64,000 nt of DNA, taken from positions 105,524,001 through 105,588,000 of the forward strand of contig OX597819.1 of the NCBI GenBank assembly GCA_951406725.2. The letters run 5' to 3'. Positions 11,442 through 26,662 of this stretch are shown piece by piece; positions within the stretch are counted from its first letter, which is position 1, and the number at the start of each line of letters is the position of its first letter. A program made the translations under genes and the position numbers. The notes beneath the pieces are model-generated. The model was not told the origin of the DNA. It searched no databases and saw only the letters and a list, made by a program, of their open reading frames with translations. Source of the DNA: Octopus vulgaris (Eukaryota).

Positions 11442-12434
11442 CTATACTACACACACATAATATTATGCTTTTATTTATTTACTTGTTTCACTCATTTGAC
11501 TGCAGCCATGCTGGAGCACTGCCTTCTAGTCAAAGAAATTGACTCCAGGGCTTATTCTTTGTAAGTCTAGTACTTATTCTATTGATCTCTTCTGCTGAAC
11601 TGCTAAGTTATGGTGACGTAAACACACTGACATTGGTTGTCAAGTGATGGTGTGGGGACAAACACAGATACAAAGACACACACACACACATACACACACA
11701 CATACATACATACATACATACATACAAACATACATACATATATTCATATATATATATATATGCAGCAGTTCAATGGCCTAGTGGTTAGGGCAGTGAACTC
11801 GTGGTTTCGATTCCCAGACCGAGTGTTGTGAGTGTTTATTGAGTGAAAACACCTAAAGCTCCATGAGGCTCCGGCAGGGGATGGTGGCGATCCTTGCTGT
11901 ACTCTTTTGCCACAACTTTCTCTCACTCTTTCTTCTGTTAGCCTGCTCGCTTAGCCAGCTGGGTGGCGTCATTTGAAGGCTAAAACAATGCGAAGCGCAT
12001 TGTGACCAGCGATATGTAGCAACATCTGATAGCCTGGTCGGTCACGGTGATATATATATATATATATATCAAAACAGTTTGATTCAGATTCCTTGGTATG
12101 CTGAGTTTCAAGTACATGGCTAGTCTTTGGCCATTGGAGTCTGAATGAGAGTTTGGTTGAAGAGAGTCAATGTTAGAACTGATATAGTTGTGTGTGTGTG
12201 CACATACATACATTAGCCTGCGATTGGTTGAGAAAGGTCATGCTGTATAGCAGTCCGATGTTGGTATTTCAGTGACAACAATTAGTTGGAAAATATTGCA
12301 TGGTGAACAGGAAATCAACCACATAGTGAACAAGAAATTGATCATGTGGTGAACAACAATGAAAATAACCTTAGATAAAATATCATTAAGTTTAGAGATA
12401 TGTTTATATATTATGATAAGTAGATGAATCTTAC

Positions 12435-12480
12435 CATGTGACTCAAGACCTGGTCCTTGGCCAATTCCACCATCATAGGA
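12435..12480 (-). CDS. PGGT1B: GGTase-I beta, exon 6
   Basis: ttgcag| ... |gtaaga, 46 nt. Translates SYDGGIGQGPGLESH(G). Confidence 0.96.
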
Positions 12481-13837
12481 CTGCAAATATAATGGTAAAG
12501 ATTTATAGGAATAAACACAGAATTAAATAATTTGTTATTCATCTCTCATAGTTGACTACAAATACAATAGCAAAAATTTACAAGAATAAACTTGGGACTA
12601 AAAGTATTAGTTAATCACAATGTATGGGTGCAGACATGGCTGTGAGGTTAAAAAGTTTGCTTCATAAACATGTGGTTTTGGATTCAGTCCCACTGTATGA
12701 AACTTTGGGCAAGTGTCTTTCACCATAGGATCAGGTCATGACTGAAATTTGGTGAACAGAAATTGTATAGAAGAAGCTGATCAGTAGGAGAGTTTCTATT
12801 GTTTGGTAGTGGACTAAATACAACACCCATTTAAATACCACCACTTAGCCCTTGGGAAGTCCACATTGTGTTTGTATTCAGTCTGAGTTTTTGGTCTGAG
12901 GATAATGTTCCCCACTTTTACTAGTCTCAAAGATATGAAAAAGGCCACAGGCATTGTCATTCCAAGGAAGAAAGGAAGAAGATGATTTGAACTGATCCTC
13001 ATGACTTATTCTAATTTAACTTGTTCTGTTTCAGAGTGGGTTGGATAGGTTTGCTTTGCCAAATTTAACACTCATTCCTACTAGTTTTGTTTTTATTATT
13101 ATTATGCTCTGAAATCCTGGGGATAAAATTTATTAAACTATGTATAAAAGGAATACTATTTTAGAGAGGCAGTTAAAAAATTCATAAATAGAATTGTTTC
13201 TGACAACATATACCTGAATAGGCATGAATACCACAGCATCTTACTAGGTCTGTCATTTTCTGTATGGCCAAAGTTTTCATTCAAAGAATATGATGAACAG
13301 GAATTGACAACCAGTTATCTGCTGTAGTCTATTACTTCTGCTTCTGCTGCCAACAAACAGCATACCAGCCAATACATAAGCCTTTACATAGTTATTTGAC
13401 CTGCTAGAAACAGAGGTGGGTGATCGATCACTGGTAATTATTTCAAAAACTGTACAACTCCCCAGTAATTTCCAGTTTTGTTGAAAAGAGTCATTAACAT
13501 AGCTAATACATCAACATGAAGTTTGCCAAAAATGTTTACACACACACTCTTGTCATATTTCTGTCTTGCAAATTTCACAGTTAATACATTATAAACATAC
13601 AATATCTGCAGTAAAATATCACTATAAAAATGTGACCCCTATGCCAGATCCTAAAAGAATAATCTTTACTACATTAAGCACGTCATAAACACATTTCCAT
13701 TACATTAAACATATTATAACAAATAGATCCTTACTGCATTAAACAAATCCTTACAGACATATTCTGACTACAAGAAATATATTAACATACAGCCACAATG
13801 TTAAACACAACATAAACATGTCCTCATCTCAAAAATA

Positions 13838-14235
13838 TACTCTTTTACTTGTTTCAGTCATTTGACTGTGGTCATGCTGGAGCACCACCTTTAGTTGAGC
13901 AAATCGACCCCAGGACTTATTCTTTGTACGCCTAGTACTTATTCAATCGGTCTCTTTTGCCAAACCGCTAAGTTACGGGGATGTAAACACACCAGCATCG
14001 GTTGTCAAGCGATGTTGTGGGGACAAACACAGACACACAAACATATACACACACACATACATATAAACATATTTATATACCTATATACAATGGGCTTCTT
14101 TCAGTTTCCATCTACCAAATCCACTTACAAGGCTTTGGTTGGGCCAAGGCTATAGTAAAAGACACTTGCCCAAGGTACCATGCAGTGGGACTGAACCCGG
14201 AACCATGTGGTTGGTAAGCAAGCTACTTACCAGAT
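13838..14235 (-). mobile_element. SINE family A, full length, intron 5
   Basis: Head, internal microsatellite and tail present. Many CpG>TpG/CpA changes. Confidence 0.9.
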
Positions 14236-15313
14236 AGCAACTCTTGTGTCTATTATCATTACATTAAGTACAACATAAACACATCCCCACAATACTAAAA
14301 ATACCATTACAAACAAAACCTTACTAAATGAAACACAGTAATACCTCACTTTACAAGGTCCTGTTTTATGAGACCCTGGGTTTACAAGTTTTATTTTTGA
14401 AGCACAAGGTCCAAATTTTGAATGAAGTGGAAAAGTTTCTACTACCATAACAAGTGCTTCTGTGTGTTACTGAGAAATTTATAGTGAGTGAAAAAAATGC
14501 TTCTTCTAAGCAAACAACTCTAGACTTGTTTTTTTAAAAAAACAAATCTACAAATCCATCTATGAGTGCTTGTGAATTGGTGACTGTATCTACAAATGAT
14601 GGTGTGCGCGAGTTTAGTGAGAGTGAAAGTGATTCAGAAAATTATTATAATAATAATACTTTTTTTTATTATAAATGATCTTGACATTCTTTTTACTTTA
14701 CATAAAATATTCTTTACATTGAGTCAAGTACATCAACATCAAAATAAAAATCAAATGGAAATTGTAGTTGTGATATCAATGCCGGTGGCACGTAGAAAGC
14801 ACCATTCGAACATGGCTGATGCCAGCGCCACCTTGACTGGCTTCTGTGCCGGTGGCATGTAAAAATCACCAACTGATTGTGGCCATTGCTAGCCTCCCCT
14901 GGCACCTGTGCTGGTGGCATGTAAAAAGAACCCACTACACTCACGAAGTGGTTGGCGTTAGGAAGGGCATCCAGCTGTAGAAACACTGCCAGATCAGACT
15001 GGAGCCTGGTGCAGCCTCCTGGCTTCACAGACTCTGGTCGAACCGTCCAACCCATGCTAGTAAGGAAAACGGACATTAAATGATGATGATGATTCTACTG
15101 TTGTTCTATTGCCATTTATTTACGAGTATAATAAATTTTATTGGTAAAATATTTTTTTGGAATGAATTATGATTTACAAAATTACTGCTATGGGAAATTA
15201 TTGCTCTGCTTTATGAGCTTTCATTTTATGAGCAGTCTCTGCGGACAAATTAACTTGTATATTGAGGCATTCCTGTATTAACGTGTCTCAACTACTTTAA
15301 CAAATAACTTCTA

Positions 15314-15665
15314 GGTGTGGCTGTGGTAAGAAGCTTGCTTCCCACTGCATGGCACCTTGGGAAAGTGTCTTTTACTGTAGCCTCAGACCAACCAAAGCCT
15401 TGTAGGTGGATTTGGTAGACGGAAACTGAAAAAATCCTATTGTATGTATATGTTTCTATCTGTGTGTGTGAATTTGTCTTCTACCACCGCTTGACAACTG
15501 GTGTTGGAGTGTATATAACCCTGTAACTTAGCAGCTTGGCAAAAGACACTAATAGGCTTAGAAAAATTAATAGGTACTGGAGTCAATTCATTTAACTTAA
15601 ATTCTTCAAGCTGGTGCCCCAGCATGGCCACAGTCTAATGACTGAAACATGTGAAAGATAAAAGG
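15314..15665 (+). mobile_element. SINE family A, intron 5, inverted relative to 13838-14235
   Basis: Family head remnant and tail ggtgccccagcatggccacagtctaatgactgaaac. Confidence 0.8.
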
Positions 15666-15721
15666 TAAAGTAAATACATTAAGCTCTTAACAAATACATT
15701 ACATGAAACACAATCTCATTA

Positions 15722-15994
<273 letters not shown>

Positions 15995-17174
15995 TTAGAC
16001 AACAGTAATTATAATAAGGTCAATAATTTTGAAGGGAATGGGGAAAGTTGATTATATCAGACTCAGTACTTGATCGGTATTCTATTTTATCAACCGCAAA
16101 AGGATGAAGGGCAAAGTCAACCTCAGCAGAATTTAAACTTACAACATAAAGAGAACAAATACTGCAAGGCACTTTTTCTGATGCCCTAACAATTCTACCA
16201 ATAATAATGTTTTTTAACAATTTTGAGGTAGTGCAAAACTGACCTCAGTTTCTGACCAGTAATTATTTTATTGACTGCTTATGTTGTACATGGTGTCATA
16301 AAGTATATTTTCAAACTTTATAGCTTCTGTATATCTCAAAGAAAACTTAAAATTATGCTGGTTCAGTTTCTGTGAACTGTTTTAATTGTTGAAGGACATT
16401 TAAAGGATTTCTAATGTAAGCCACACATAGTTGGGTATAGTAAATCATGCCCTGGACAAGATAATAAACAGCTTTTGGTTGTGAGGATCTAGTTTGGGAG
16501 ATCAAGAGTTTTGCAGAGTGCGGAGTCACTCCTTAGTCACCAGTATTCCAAGGGTCACTCTAGCCCAAGGTGGTAGTAACTGTCAAGGGCCCTCATTATT
16601 GGTCAAATAACAGAAGACAGTCCTGTGGCTAAGGTTTATAGGACTCAGGGGAGAGCTGACTCCTAGACATGTGTCATTCAGACCCACTGGTGTTTTGGAC
16701 ATGCCCTGATGTCGCATGAACCAGTTCCCCTGCATAAAGGCTAAATAGGAGAGCAGGAAAATAGCAGAATAAATTGTAAAAAATTAGCAGAAACGAACAG
16801 GAAATCACTATTAAATCATTTCCAGAAAAATGAATCTTCAGACTTTGACATGAAAGTTTCTAGTTATAGCAGGAATGGTACATATGGAGATGAAGAGACA
16901 GAAGGAGAGAGAGAGAGAGAGAGTGAGTCTATTAAATGACCCTGCTATTTGACCCTAGCAGAATTTGAATTCAGAACAGAAAGTTCAAATCTAAATACTT
17001 CAAGGTATTTTGATTCTCATTCTACCAATTCTGCCATTGCAATATCTAATAACAATAATAGTGATGATAACAACGATGTTAGTGATGATTGTGACAATAA
17101 ATTGTACTTTCTTAAAAATATTCAGATTTCAGTGTCATTCTCTGCTTCATTTCAGATGAGAGTTTTCCTCGTTA

Positions 17175-17552
<378 letters not shown>

Positions 17553-18062
17553 CTAATACTTGACTACTGACCACATATCAGGGAGTGGGCAGCTGTGGAC
17601 AAAATACTACAGTAAATATACACTGTTACAGGGTTAGGTGAGATGACTTGCAATATTTTATCTAGCGCTTTATATTTAGACATCAATAGCATGGAGATGG
17701 TGGACCTGCATGCATGGACAACTGTCGGACCTGCTAAAAAAAAGTCCAATTCAATCCTATGCATACATGTGCAGATGCTTGGTCAATCTTTACAGATGGA
17801 AGCCCACCTATACTAACACACAACAAGCACTTACAGCCTTCTGTCTCTTCTATCAATACTATAATGATTCCTTCACCTTTAAACATAAAAGTTGACAGGG
17901 TGGTCACAGCTGGAAAATATTTCAACATAAGTCTGCTTGAAAAGGACTGGTCGAGGGATAAAAAACAGCAATACTGTGATATTCATACAAAATTAATTTA
18001 TAAATAGACAAAGATTACAAAGTTGCCAGAGCAAGGAAAGATAGTTAAAATCCTTTAATTAC

Positions 18063-18130
18063 CTTTTCTGGACAAAAAGGATTTCCATTTGAACTTGATC
18101 CTCGAAATCCACACTCATTAAGGTTTGACT
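18063..18130 (-). CDS. PGGT1B: GGTase-I beta, exon 3
   Basis: tttgtag| ... |gtaatt, 68 nt. Translates (E)SNLNECGFRGSSSNGNPFCPEK (CGFRGS motif). Confidence 0.95.
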
Positions 18131-19027
18131 CTACAAACAGAGGTGAAAATTGAAAGTTTCCAGAATGCAGATAAAGACATTCATTAAACGAGTTCCATGG
18201 ATAGGCAAAAAAAAAAAAAAAAAAAAAAAGGTTGTAGGACATTAGATTATGGGTAATACAAAGAGATAATCCAATCTGAAGAAGAATATAAGCCACTAAT
18301 ATTTTAGCATTTTCTTCAACACAACAACAACAAAACAATAATGGTTTTTGATTTAGGCACATGGCCAAAGAGGGGTAAGTCAAGACCACTGATCCTGGTT
18401 TTTTATTTTATCAAACTTGGAAGGACGAAAGGCAAAGCTGATCTTTGTGGGACTTGAACTCAGGATGTAAAAGAGTCAGAATAAATACTGAAAGGCATGT
18501 TTTTCTGATGCTCTACCGATTCTGTCAGCCCATTGCCCTTAATAATAATAATAATTCTTTCTACAACAGGCACAAGGCCTGTAATTATGGAGGAGGGGGC
18601 AAGTCTGTTGCTGTTTGGCTCTGCCTCTCATTGCAATGCTGTAAAAATTGATTTTCCTATTCATTGTTCTTTCAAATACTCAAATGTTTTTCATTGTGGT
18701 TTATAATTTTTCTTATTGATAAATTTACCATATTTTCATGAACTTAAACTGGGCTGCTAACAGGGGTAATCTAAAGCCAATTAAGATTTAATAAAATATG
18801 AACATTTAAAAAAAAAAATTAAGCCTGTCTTGAATTCAAAATATATTGACAAAATAATTTAAATCAAAGCACATTTTGAAATCTCTGGTGATTTCAATTT
18901 CTGAAAACAACAGAGCAATAAGAATTTAAATAAAACGACACAAAATCTTGCACCTAAAATCTATGAAATATATTAGTCTAGATTCAAGAATCAATTCGAG
19001 GGAGATAATTTAAATATTTTAAATTTA

Positions 19028-19345
19028 TCTCCCTTCAGTCTTAATTTAGGGATATTTTCCCTTTCAACGGCAGATCGAAATATTAATTTTTTCTAAGTAA
19101 ACACTTTCAAATTTCGGACACTGGTAGAATGTGTCATATAAAACATCTTTTACTCTTAGTGTTGTTGAGAACAGTTTCTATTTTCAAAGTTATTTCGTGT
19201 TAAAGTTGTATTTCGATCCTTCAGGGATCTTTTCCCTTTCAACCGCAGATCGAGAAATTAATTTTTTGTAACACTTTCAAACTTCGGACACTACTAGAAT
19301 GTGTCATTTTTTTCCCTTTCAAAGTCAAATCGAGAAATTAATATC
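19028..19345 (+). mobile_element. Repeated left ends of a MITE related to 3277-3680
   Basis: gggat.ttttccctttcaac.gcagatcga occurs at about 19028 and 19224, and partially at 19310. It shares aaacttcg.a.actggtagaatgtgt with the 3277 element. Confidence 0.65.
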
Positions 19346-20139
19346 ACTTGTACAAGTTATTCATCACCATCATCATTTTGCATCGTCCTCCGTCACTTCC
19401 AGTACTTTTAACATACATTGAGTAGGAGTGGTCTCACAATACCTCGCCTACTGTTGCGGTTCCTTCTTCATCTGGTATACACAATAAGAGAGAAAATAAT
19501 CTTCAATCTTTTGGCTAGTTTTTAACGCCAGGGTGCTAACTATGGCATGGGCTAGAAGAAAATATTGTACAAACCAACACAAGGGTGTATATGTGACAGG
19601 ACTGTAGAGTCTTCTGTAGAGAGGGAAGAAATAGCAGGGATGTGAAATTAGCAAGCACAGAGTAGCATCAGCAATTGTGTGTGTGTGTGTATGTGTGTGT
19701 AAGAGAGAGATAGAGAGGAGGGGGAAGAGGAATTCACACCAATACCATGTTGGCACTTTATTTGTCAACCTGGAAAAGATTAAAGCAAAGTTGACCTTGT
19801 TGGTATTTGAACTCAGAGCACAAACAGAGAGAACAAATGGCTATTTGTTGCTATGACAATCAATTCAATCAATACCAGAATTATCCTTTTGTATTGGAAA
19901 CTAATTGGTGTTAAAGATATTTTAGTGATGTAATACCCTTATAAAGTCTATCTCTATCTCTCTATGAACTTGCCTGTAACATATCTATTTTCTACCAGTC
20001 TAACCAGTGGCTGTGTTTCTATCTCCTACCTAGCAAGATGGAAATGAACACTGATGCTTCATGTTGTAGGCTTGATAATTGTTAAGTGATTGCTTTTAAA
20101 CATGGAACCAATGGTAGCTTTAACCCATAAAAGTGTTTA

Positions 20140-20170
<31 letters not shown>

Positions 20171-20636
20171 ACTGGGTCACAGCCATGAGGGTTTGGTTGA
20201 ACAAATTAACCCCAGTGTTTGTTCTAGTGGTCTCTTTTGACGAACTTTTAACTTACAGGATGCCAAGCCATGGGGGACAAACACACACAACCTTAAGTCC
20301 ATGGAAAAATTCATTTAAATGAAAGGGGTTTGAAAATATTGAGAACCACCGATTCAACATGGTCCATTGACCTGCTACAAATAACATCCAAATTTCATAT
20401 CCTGCCAACTTCAAAAATAATGATACTTTGGACAATGTAATCTTTGAAATAGCATGCCTGACAAAGTTAAAAAAAAAAAAAGCTCCCCTTCCTTCACCTG
20501 CAAAAATAAAGCCAACTGGCATGGTTTTGATAATTGGTCTGCTGGATCAAAACTCCCTTGGGGGTTAAACAACATCAACTTACTGTATTGATTGCAAGGA
20601 CAATAGACAGAAAGCCAGTCTTAATTATAAATATCA

Positions 20637-20873
<237 letters not shown>

Positions 20874-21293
20874 CTAAGATGATTACATTATCCCAGCACT
20901 CAACCGATACTTATTTTATTGATCTCTGATAAGGATGAAAGACAAAATCGACCCTGGTGGGATTTGAACCCAGGACATAAGGATGGATGAAATGCCACTA
21001 AGCATTTCACCCGGCATGCTAATGATTCTGCTAGATCGTCGCTTTATGATGGTTAGATATTAAAAAAGTGTTAAGAGAATGAAAACAAGAAACATTTCTT
21101 TGCACTTTTTAAAATTTCTTTTATTTATATCATACATTTACTGAACTGACCAAAGCCTTGTGAGTAAATTTAGCAGATAGAAACTGAAAGAAGCCTGTCA
21201 TTGGTAAATATCACTAATGCTATTGAACAGCTGCTGAGTGGATTTGACCTCTATGTTATGTCTTCATCTCCACCACTTGTTAAGTGTTAACTA

Positions 21294-23002
21294 CAGTATT
21301 TGTAATTTCTGCGAGGATATGTCACTTCAAAGTGAGATTAATGAATTTGAAAGGAGACTGTCACTTCAAAGTGACAATAGTGATTTTGAAGCATGGATAA
21401 CATAAAAAAGACTTATTTAATAGAAAATATAATATCATATCATATGTAATGTCAATAATGTGAACTAACTTGATTAATTATAAGTTTTTTTTATCAATCA
21501 GGCTAAAAAGCTCATTGTATGGTTGTTAAACATTCAAATTTTTTAAGATTATCTACACCAATGGTGCCCAATGCTTATTCTTCTAAGAATATAAACTTGG
21601 AGAGTAATACCTATCCAGTTGTTTGTGATTTCTGCAACAATGTGTGGCTGGCTAAGTTCCACTTTTATTACCCATTATATGAACGAGTAACATGAAATTT
21701 GCAATACACATTTTATAAAAGCAGATATTTCAAAGAACAATTGTAAATATTTTGAATGGAAACTCCATGGTGAACAGGTGCATTATCAAATATTGCAAAT
21801 ATATTCCTGGTTTTGGAAATGTTCGGCTTAGTGAAAAAACGTTTTCCTACTATGCTTTGGATGTAATTAAGAAACTTTGTAAAGACCAGTTTCTCTGTGC
21901 TTGACACAGAAGTACAATACTGAAATTGTTGCCTGCTTGTTTACAAACAATTCTGTGAGATGACCCCTAAAGGACTAGCCATAAGCAAAGGTTAAAGCTA
22001 TATTCACTCACAAAAGTTATTGGCTTTCTAGAGGGAATAATAACTGTCAAATACTAATCAGTAAATTCACATCTAACAGCAATCATATCAGATTGATTTC
22101 TATCCTCAGGCTACAGAACAAGCATTTTTCCTATTATCTGCATTCCATTTAGGCATTTTGAAATGTGACTATTAATGACAGCTAGTATTTGTGGTAAATT
22201 TAGCTTCATATCCTTCTTTATCTTTCACAAGGTGGTTGATGGATTGCTGTTTATTATCTTGTACAAAAAGACATGCATTTCAGCATCAACTTTTGCATAG
22301 CATCTACCTTCTCACTTTCTTGTCTTTACAGAGTCTGAAATTATTCTGTTTGCAGTCTTCAAATGGATTGAGTAAGATCTTTGTGATCCAATTCATGAAC
22401 AATCTACACGATGATTGTAAGTGATATTGGAGACTTGTATCTTCTTTGTTCCATGTTCATTTGATGCTGCTAATAAGGTATTATGTTGAAAATTTTAACA
22501 CCTGACTAAAATATAATCTGAATATAACAGTTTTTGTGTTTTTTAGATGACTAAAAGAGTTTGTTCCACAATGCAACACTTACAAAGAACAAAAACAAAT
22601 GAACATTGTTTAGAAAATAAGCTTAATAACCCTTAAATAACCAGGTACCTCACTGTGAGTTAAAAAAATCTGTTTGCAACAGAAATAATTACACTACGAC
22701 TGTTATTGAAAAGAAAGAACAAGAGTGTTTTCTTTGTAATAACTAGTGTGATGTTCTCTGACTGGTAAAAATGTTCACTGTTACATGCTCTCTATGTGAA
22801 GATACATTATGTATTCTTGTCTAATTAAATGACTAAGTTTAAGACTTAAGTGACACATAATTACTTAGAAATAGCTATTCTCACATTAAAGAGGTATATC
22901 TCACTATGGAGCAACAAGTTCTCACTATGAAGTGATATGTTCTCACTTTGAGATCGCTATTCTCACATTGAAATATGTCTGCACTTAGACTAACAAACAT
23001 TG
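21294..23002 (-). mobile_element. Decayed ~1.7-kb Tc1/IS630-type DNA transposon in intron 1
   Basis: Ends TA|cagtatttgt ... acaaacattg|TA. Inverted subterminal ~21-bp repeats (tcacttcaaagtgaga-like). Internal IFDNAPVH motif in ORF 21713-21907(-). Confidence 0.65.
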
Positions 23003-24152
23003 TAGTACTTCTGTGATTCTATGACTGTTCCATGTTTTTTTTAAGCTTCTCTACTTTCCTTCCTGAAACTACACATGCATATATACTTAAATACAATTAC
23101 ACAAACGAGTAAACAAGTCACTGAGAAGGGAGTAGTTGGTCCAAGATCATAGTAGAAGACACTTAAACTATGCAGCAGGACCGAACCAGAAACTCCGTGG
23201 TTGTGAAACGCACCGCTTAACTAAACAGCCGTGCTTGTAGAGACATAATAAACGCACTCAAACATAAGTATACTTGTAAATATATGATGACTGTATACAT
23301 GGGTCTGAGGAAGGCCATCAGTGACTGTTAAAAGAATCAGGTCCTCGACAGTGGCACTTTAAGCCTGTTAGGTTCTTACATGCCTTTTGACAGACTTTAC
23401 AAAGCTACGTAAGAGGCCATCAGCATATAAAGTATATTCCAGTGTCTTTTTAATCCACCACAAGATTTGCAAACCTTCCTAGATATAAGTTACACAATAT
23501 CGCATTCAATTTTTTTTTGTGTGATCTGATAACTTCCTTGATGACTGGTGAGCCTTTTCTTAGAAAAACATACATGCGCATAAAACGTAAACCATATACG
23601 TATATAAACACGTACATCATGTATGCATGTTTCGTAGGTATACACATTACACACACATATAAACATCCCTCACACGCAAACATACACACACGTGATGTGA
23701 ATATAGCTCTTATTTTAATGTGAGTTTTCATGAAATTCTGTATTTCGTGTGCGTGTAACTTGTGTTCGTTTCACACCTTCAAACACAGACAGCAAAACTT
23801 ATTACCTCTTTAAAAAAAGTTGGTTTATATACAAGTATATGCTTTTATCATTAACCATCGATAAGAATGTATAATATAAATATCTGTTATATTCGGGTAG
23901 TTATGGTCGATTGTTAGGTACATATAAATTGTCCACCCTTTTACTTATCAAGCCGTCGTTGATGGACAGAAGGCAAATTCTATTTTGGCTAGATGTAAAT
24001 TCAAAACAATGAAATATCGAAGTATGTTATTATAAAGACCCCATTTCGGTGATTTAAAGAGTCCGAAACATCACTGCCCCTTTATTATTATTAGCATAAC
24101 ATTTATAAGAAACATAAACTGAAGTCACACTGTAAAATCCATGTTACATTAC

Positions 24153-24301
24153 CGGCTTGTATCAGCAGATGTATACACGGTGGGCAAAATATCCAGGTTC
24201 CGTAGGAAAAATTTAATGTGTTTGAGTCTAAAGAATGTCTCATCCGCTTCGTTTGTCTCATTGTCAGAGGCTGGCAGTGTGGGAGCGTCAGTAGCCATCA
24301 T
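24153..24301 (-). CDS. PGGT1B: Geranylgeranyltransferase type-I beta subunit, coding exon 1
   Basis: Translates MMATDAPTLPASDNETNEADETFFRLKHIKFFLRNLDILPTVYTSADTS(R), matching the GGTase-I beta N-terminus (F.R..H..FF.R.L..LP..Y.S..TSR). Start context aacaacATG with an in-frame upstream TGA. Donor CG|gtaatg, 149 nt, phase 2. A second ATG sits at 24298. Confidence 0.92.
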
Positions 24302-24600
24302 GTTGTTGATCAGACTAGAATTACTTTCCTTTCAATAGAGAGTTCCGCACTAATCAGTCAGATGTTTTCCTTCATTTAAAGAGGTGCACAATAATCAAAG
24401 ATAATCGATCAATAATATATTTATGTTTTTTTTGTTGTTTTTGTTTAAAGGCCGGGATTGATGGAATCAGAACTAATTAAGTATCGAGGTTGATTTAATC
24501 TAATATATAATGATCTTTATCACCCGAAACGCACAAAAAAAAAAAACATATTTTGTCGTTGTTATTAAGAATCTTGTCTTATACTTCCATTCACATCAGG
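24302..24600 (-). promoter_or_regulatory. Putative 5'UTR/proximal promoter of PGGT1B
   Basis: Lies immediately upstream of the start codon. CpGs are visibly retained around 23.1-25.3 kb compared with the gene body. No clear TATA box seen. Confidence 0.35.
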
Positions 24601-24893
24601 ATGAATTATAAAAACGATTTGATTGACACTTTATGCTGTCAGCATAAAGGTAAAGCTGACCTCTGCGGGATTTGAGCTTAGAATTCAAAGGTGGGAGAAT
24701 TTGCCAAGTCGTCAGAGTGTCCGTTCTCGTCATGTCCTATTCGGGTGATCCCCCGATTTAACTACATCACTCTATGGCCGTGTTTCCAGTTTGAAGATAC
24801 ATTCTTTCCTCCCTTCTAGCAACTTCGCAGACACTCGAACTGGTCTTGGGCACTACTTTCCCACCTGACTGAAAAAAAATAAATAAATAAATA

Positions 24894-25292
24894 AGGAGTG
24901 GCTGTGTGGTGAGTAGCTTGCTAACCAACCACATGGTTCTGGGTTCAGTCCCACTGCGTGGCATCTTGGGCAAGTGTCTTCTGCTATAGCCTCGGGCCGA
25001 CCAATGCCTTGTGAGTGGATTTGGTAGACGGAAACTGAAAGAAGCCTGTCGTATATATGTATACATATGTATGTATGTGTATATGTTTGTGTATCTGTGT
25101 TTGTCCCCCCTACCATCGCTTGACAACCGATGCTGGTATGTTTACGTCCCCGTCACTTAGCGGTTTGGCACAAAGAGACCGATAGAATAAGTACTGGGCT
25201 TACAAAGAATAAGTCTCGGGGTCGATTTGCTCGACTAAAGGTGGTGCTCCAGCATGGCCACAGTCAAATGACTGAAACAAGTAAAAAGAGAG
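24894..25292 (+). mobile_element. SINE family A, full length, CpG-rich
   Basis: Near-consensus copy about 0.6 kb upstream of the PGGT1B ATG. Confidence 0.9.
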
Positions 25293-26234
25293 TAAATATA
25301 TCGCCAATATTTTGTTCGGCGTTCCACCGATTCTATCAATACCTTGTGTGAGTTATCGGGTTGCAACTTTGTAAAAAGTAACAATTGATTAACTCCACCT
25401 CAGACTCTCATTATAGGAGTGGGTTGGTAGAGTACAATAAAATTTACTGAATTTTTGACTGGGAAAAAAAAAATGCTTTTACAAATGTTCACTACCTTAT
25501 AAAATCTATATCAGCTAAGCAAATGATCTTCACTAACTGTATTAAAAACACTATAACAATCTTCATGCTATTTCAGAAAATTATCTCCATTCTCTTTGAG
25601 CATATAAAAAGACAAATTTAGGTGGGGCAAAATGAGTAAACCAAAATAAAGTAAATTTGCTTCTCCAGTTCTCCAAAATTATATTTGAGAAATGATTCAT
25701 ACACATCAATATCCATCCTTAGACTTCAGCAAGATCAGAAATGCAATAAAAGTTAAAAATATCTTAATCAAATTGAAAGAGGATCATGGAAAAATGACAT
25801 GATTTGAAATTGAAGGAATTCAACTAAATCTAAAAATTCAACATAAAATATTCTCTATACCCTCTTCATGATTTGCTGGAGTGACACTCTTCATGAAATA
25901 TTTACGCACCAAACAGTTAAAAAAAGAAATTATCGAAATTACTTGCTACTCAAAATTGAAAATGATCAAAATAGACATTAGTGTGAGAAAAAATGACTTA
26001 GAAGCCAACAGAGGAAAGAATATTAATTGTTAAACACCAAAAATTATCCAGATATTTTATTAGCGACCTTGACATTTAAAAACCTTATAATAACATGTTA
26101 TAAAATGGTCACTAAATTTCACAATTTTGAAAGTTTAACGTGTTTGTCTTAAAAAATCATATTTCTTTAATATCTAATGATACAGCACTCTATTTTACAA
26201 CACACAAAATATTTGCCACACATAGGGACAAGAC

Positions 26235-26662
26235 TTCAAACTATGGGTAGAAGGTTAGTCCATACTATTGACCCACTACTTCATTGAAATTATATTTTAT
26301 CCACTCCGAAAAGATGAAAGGCAAAGTTGATCTTGGTGGGATATGAATTCAGAACTCAAAGAGGCAGAACAATTACCACAAATATTTTTGTTCAACACTC
26401 TAATGATTCTGTCAATCTATCACCCTATTTACAATCTATAAATTGATTTTAAATTTCGGTACAAGGCCAGCAATTTCGGGGGAGGGGTAAGTCAATTACA
26501 TTGACCCCAGTGTTCAACAGGATTGGTACTTATTTCATCAACCTTGAAAGGATGAAATGTAAAATCAACCTCAGCGGAATTTGAACTCAGAACGTGAAGA
26601 CAGATGAAATGCCTTTAAGCATTTTGCTTGGCATGCTAACGATTCTTCCAACTCACCGCCTT
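26235..26662 (-). mobile_element. Two tandem family B SINEs
   Basis: Two copies of gaaa.gatgaaa...gaa.ttgaa.tcagaac. Confidence 0.7.

Noticed and set aside
24141-24338. Plus-strand ORF overlapping PGGT1B exon 1
   Set aside because: Antisense shadow of the real exon.
24767-24870. Upstream coding exon for PGGT1B (GGKVVPKTSS...)
   Set aside because: Exon 1 has an in-frame stop upstream of its ATG and already covers the homologous N-terminus, and this frame ends in TGA.
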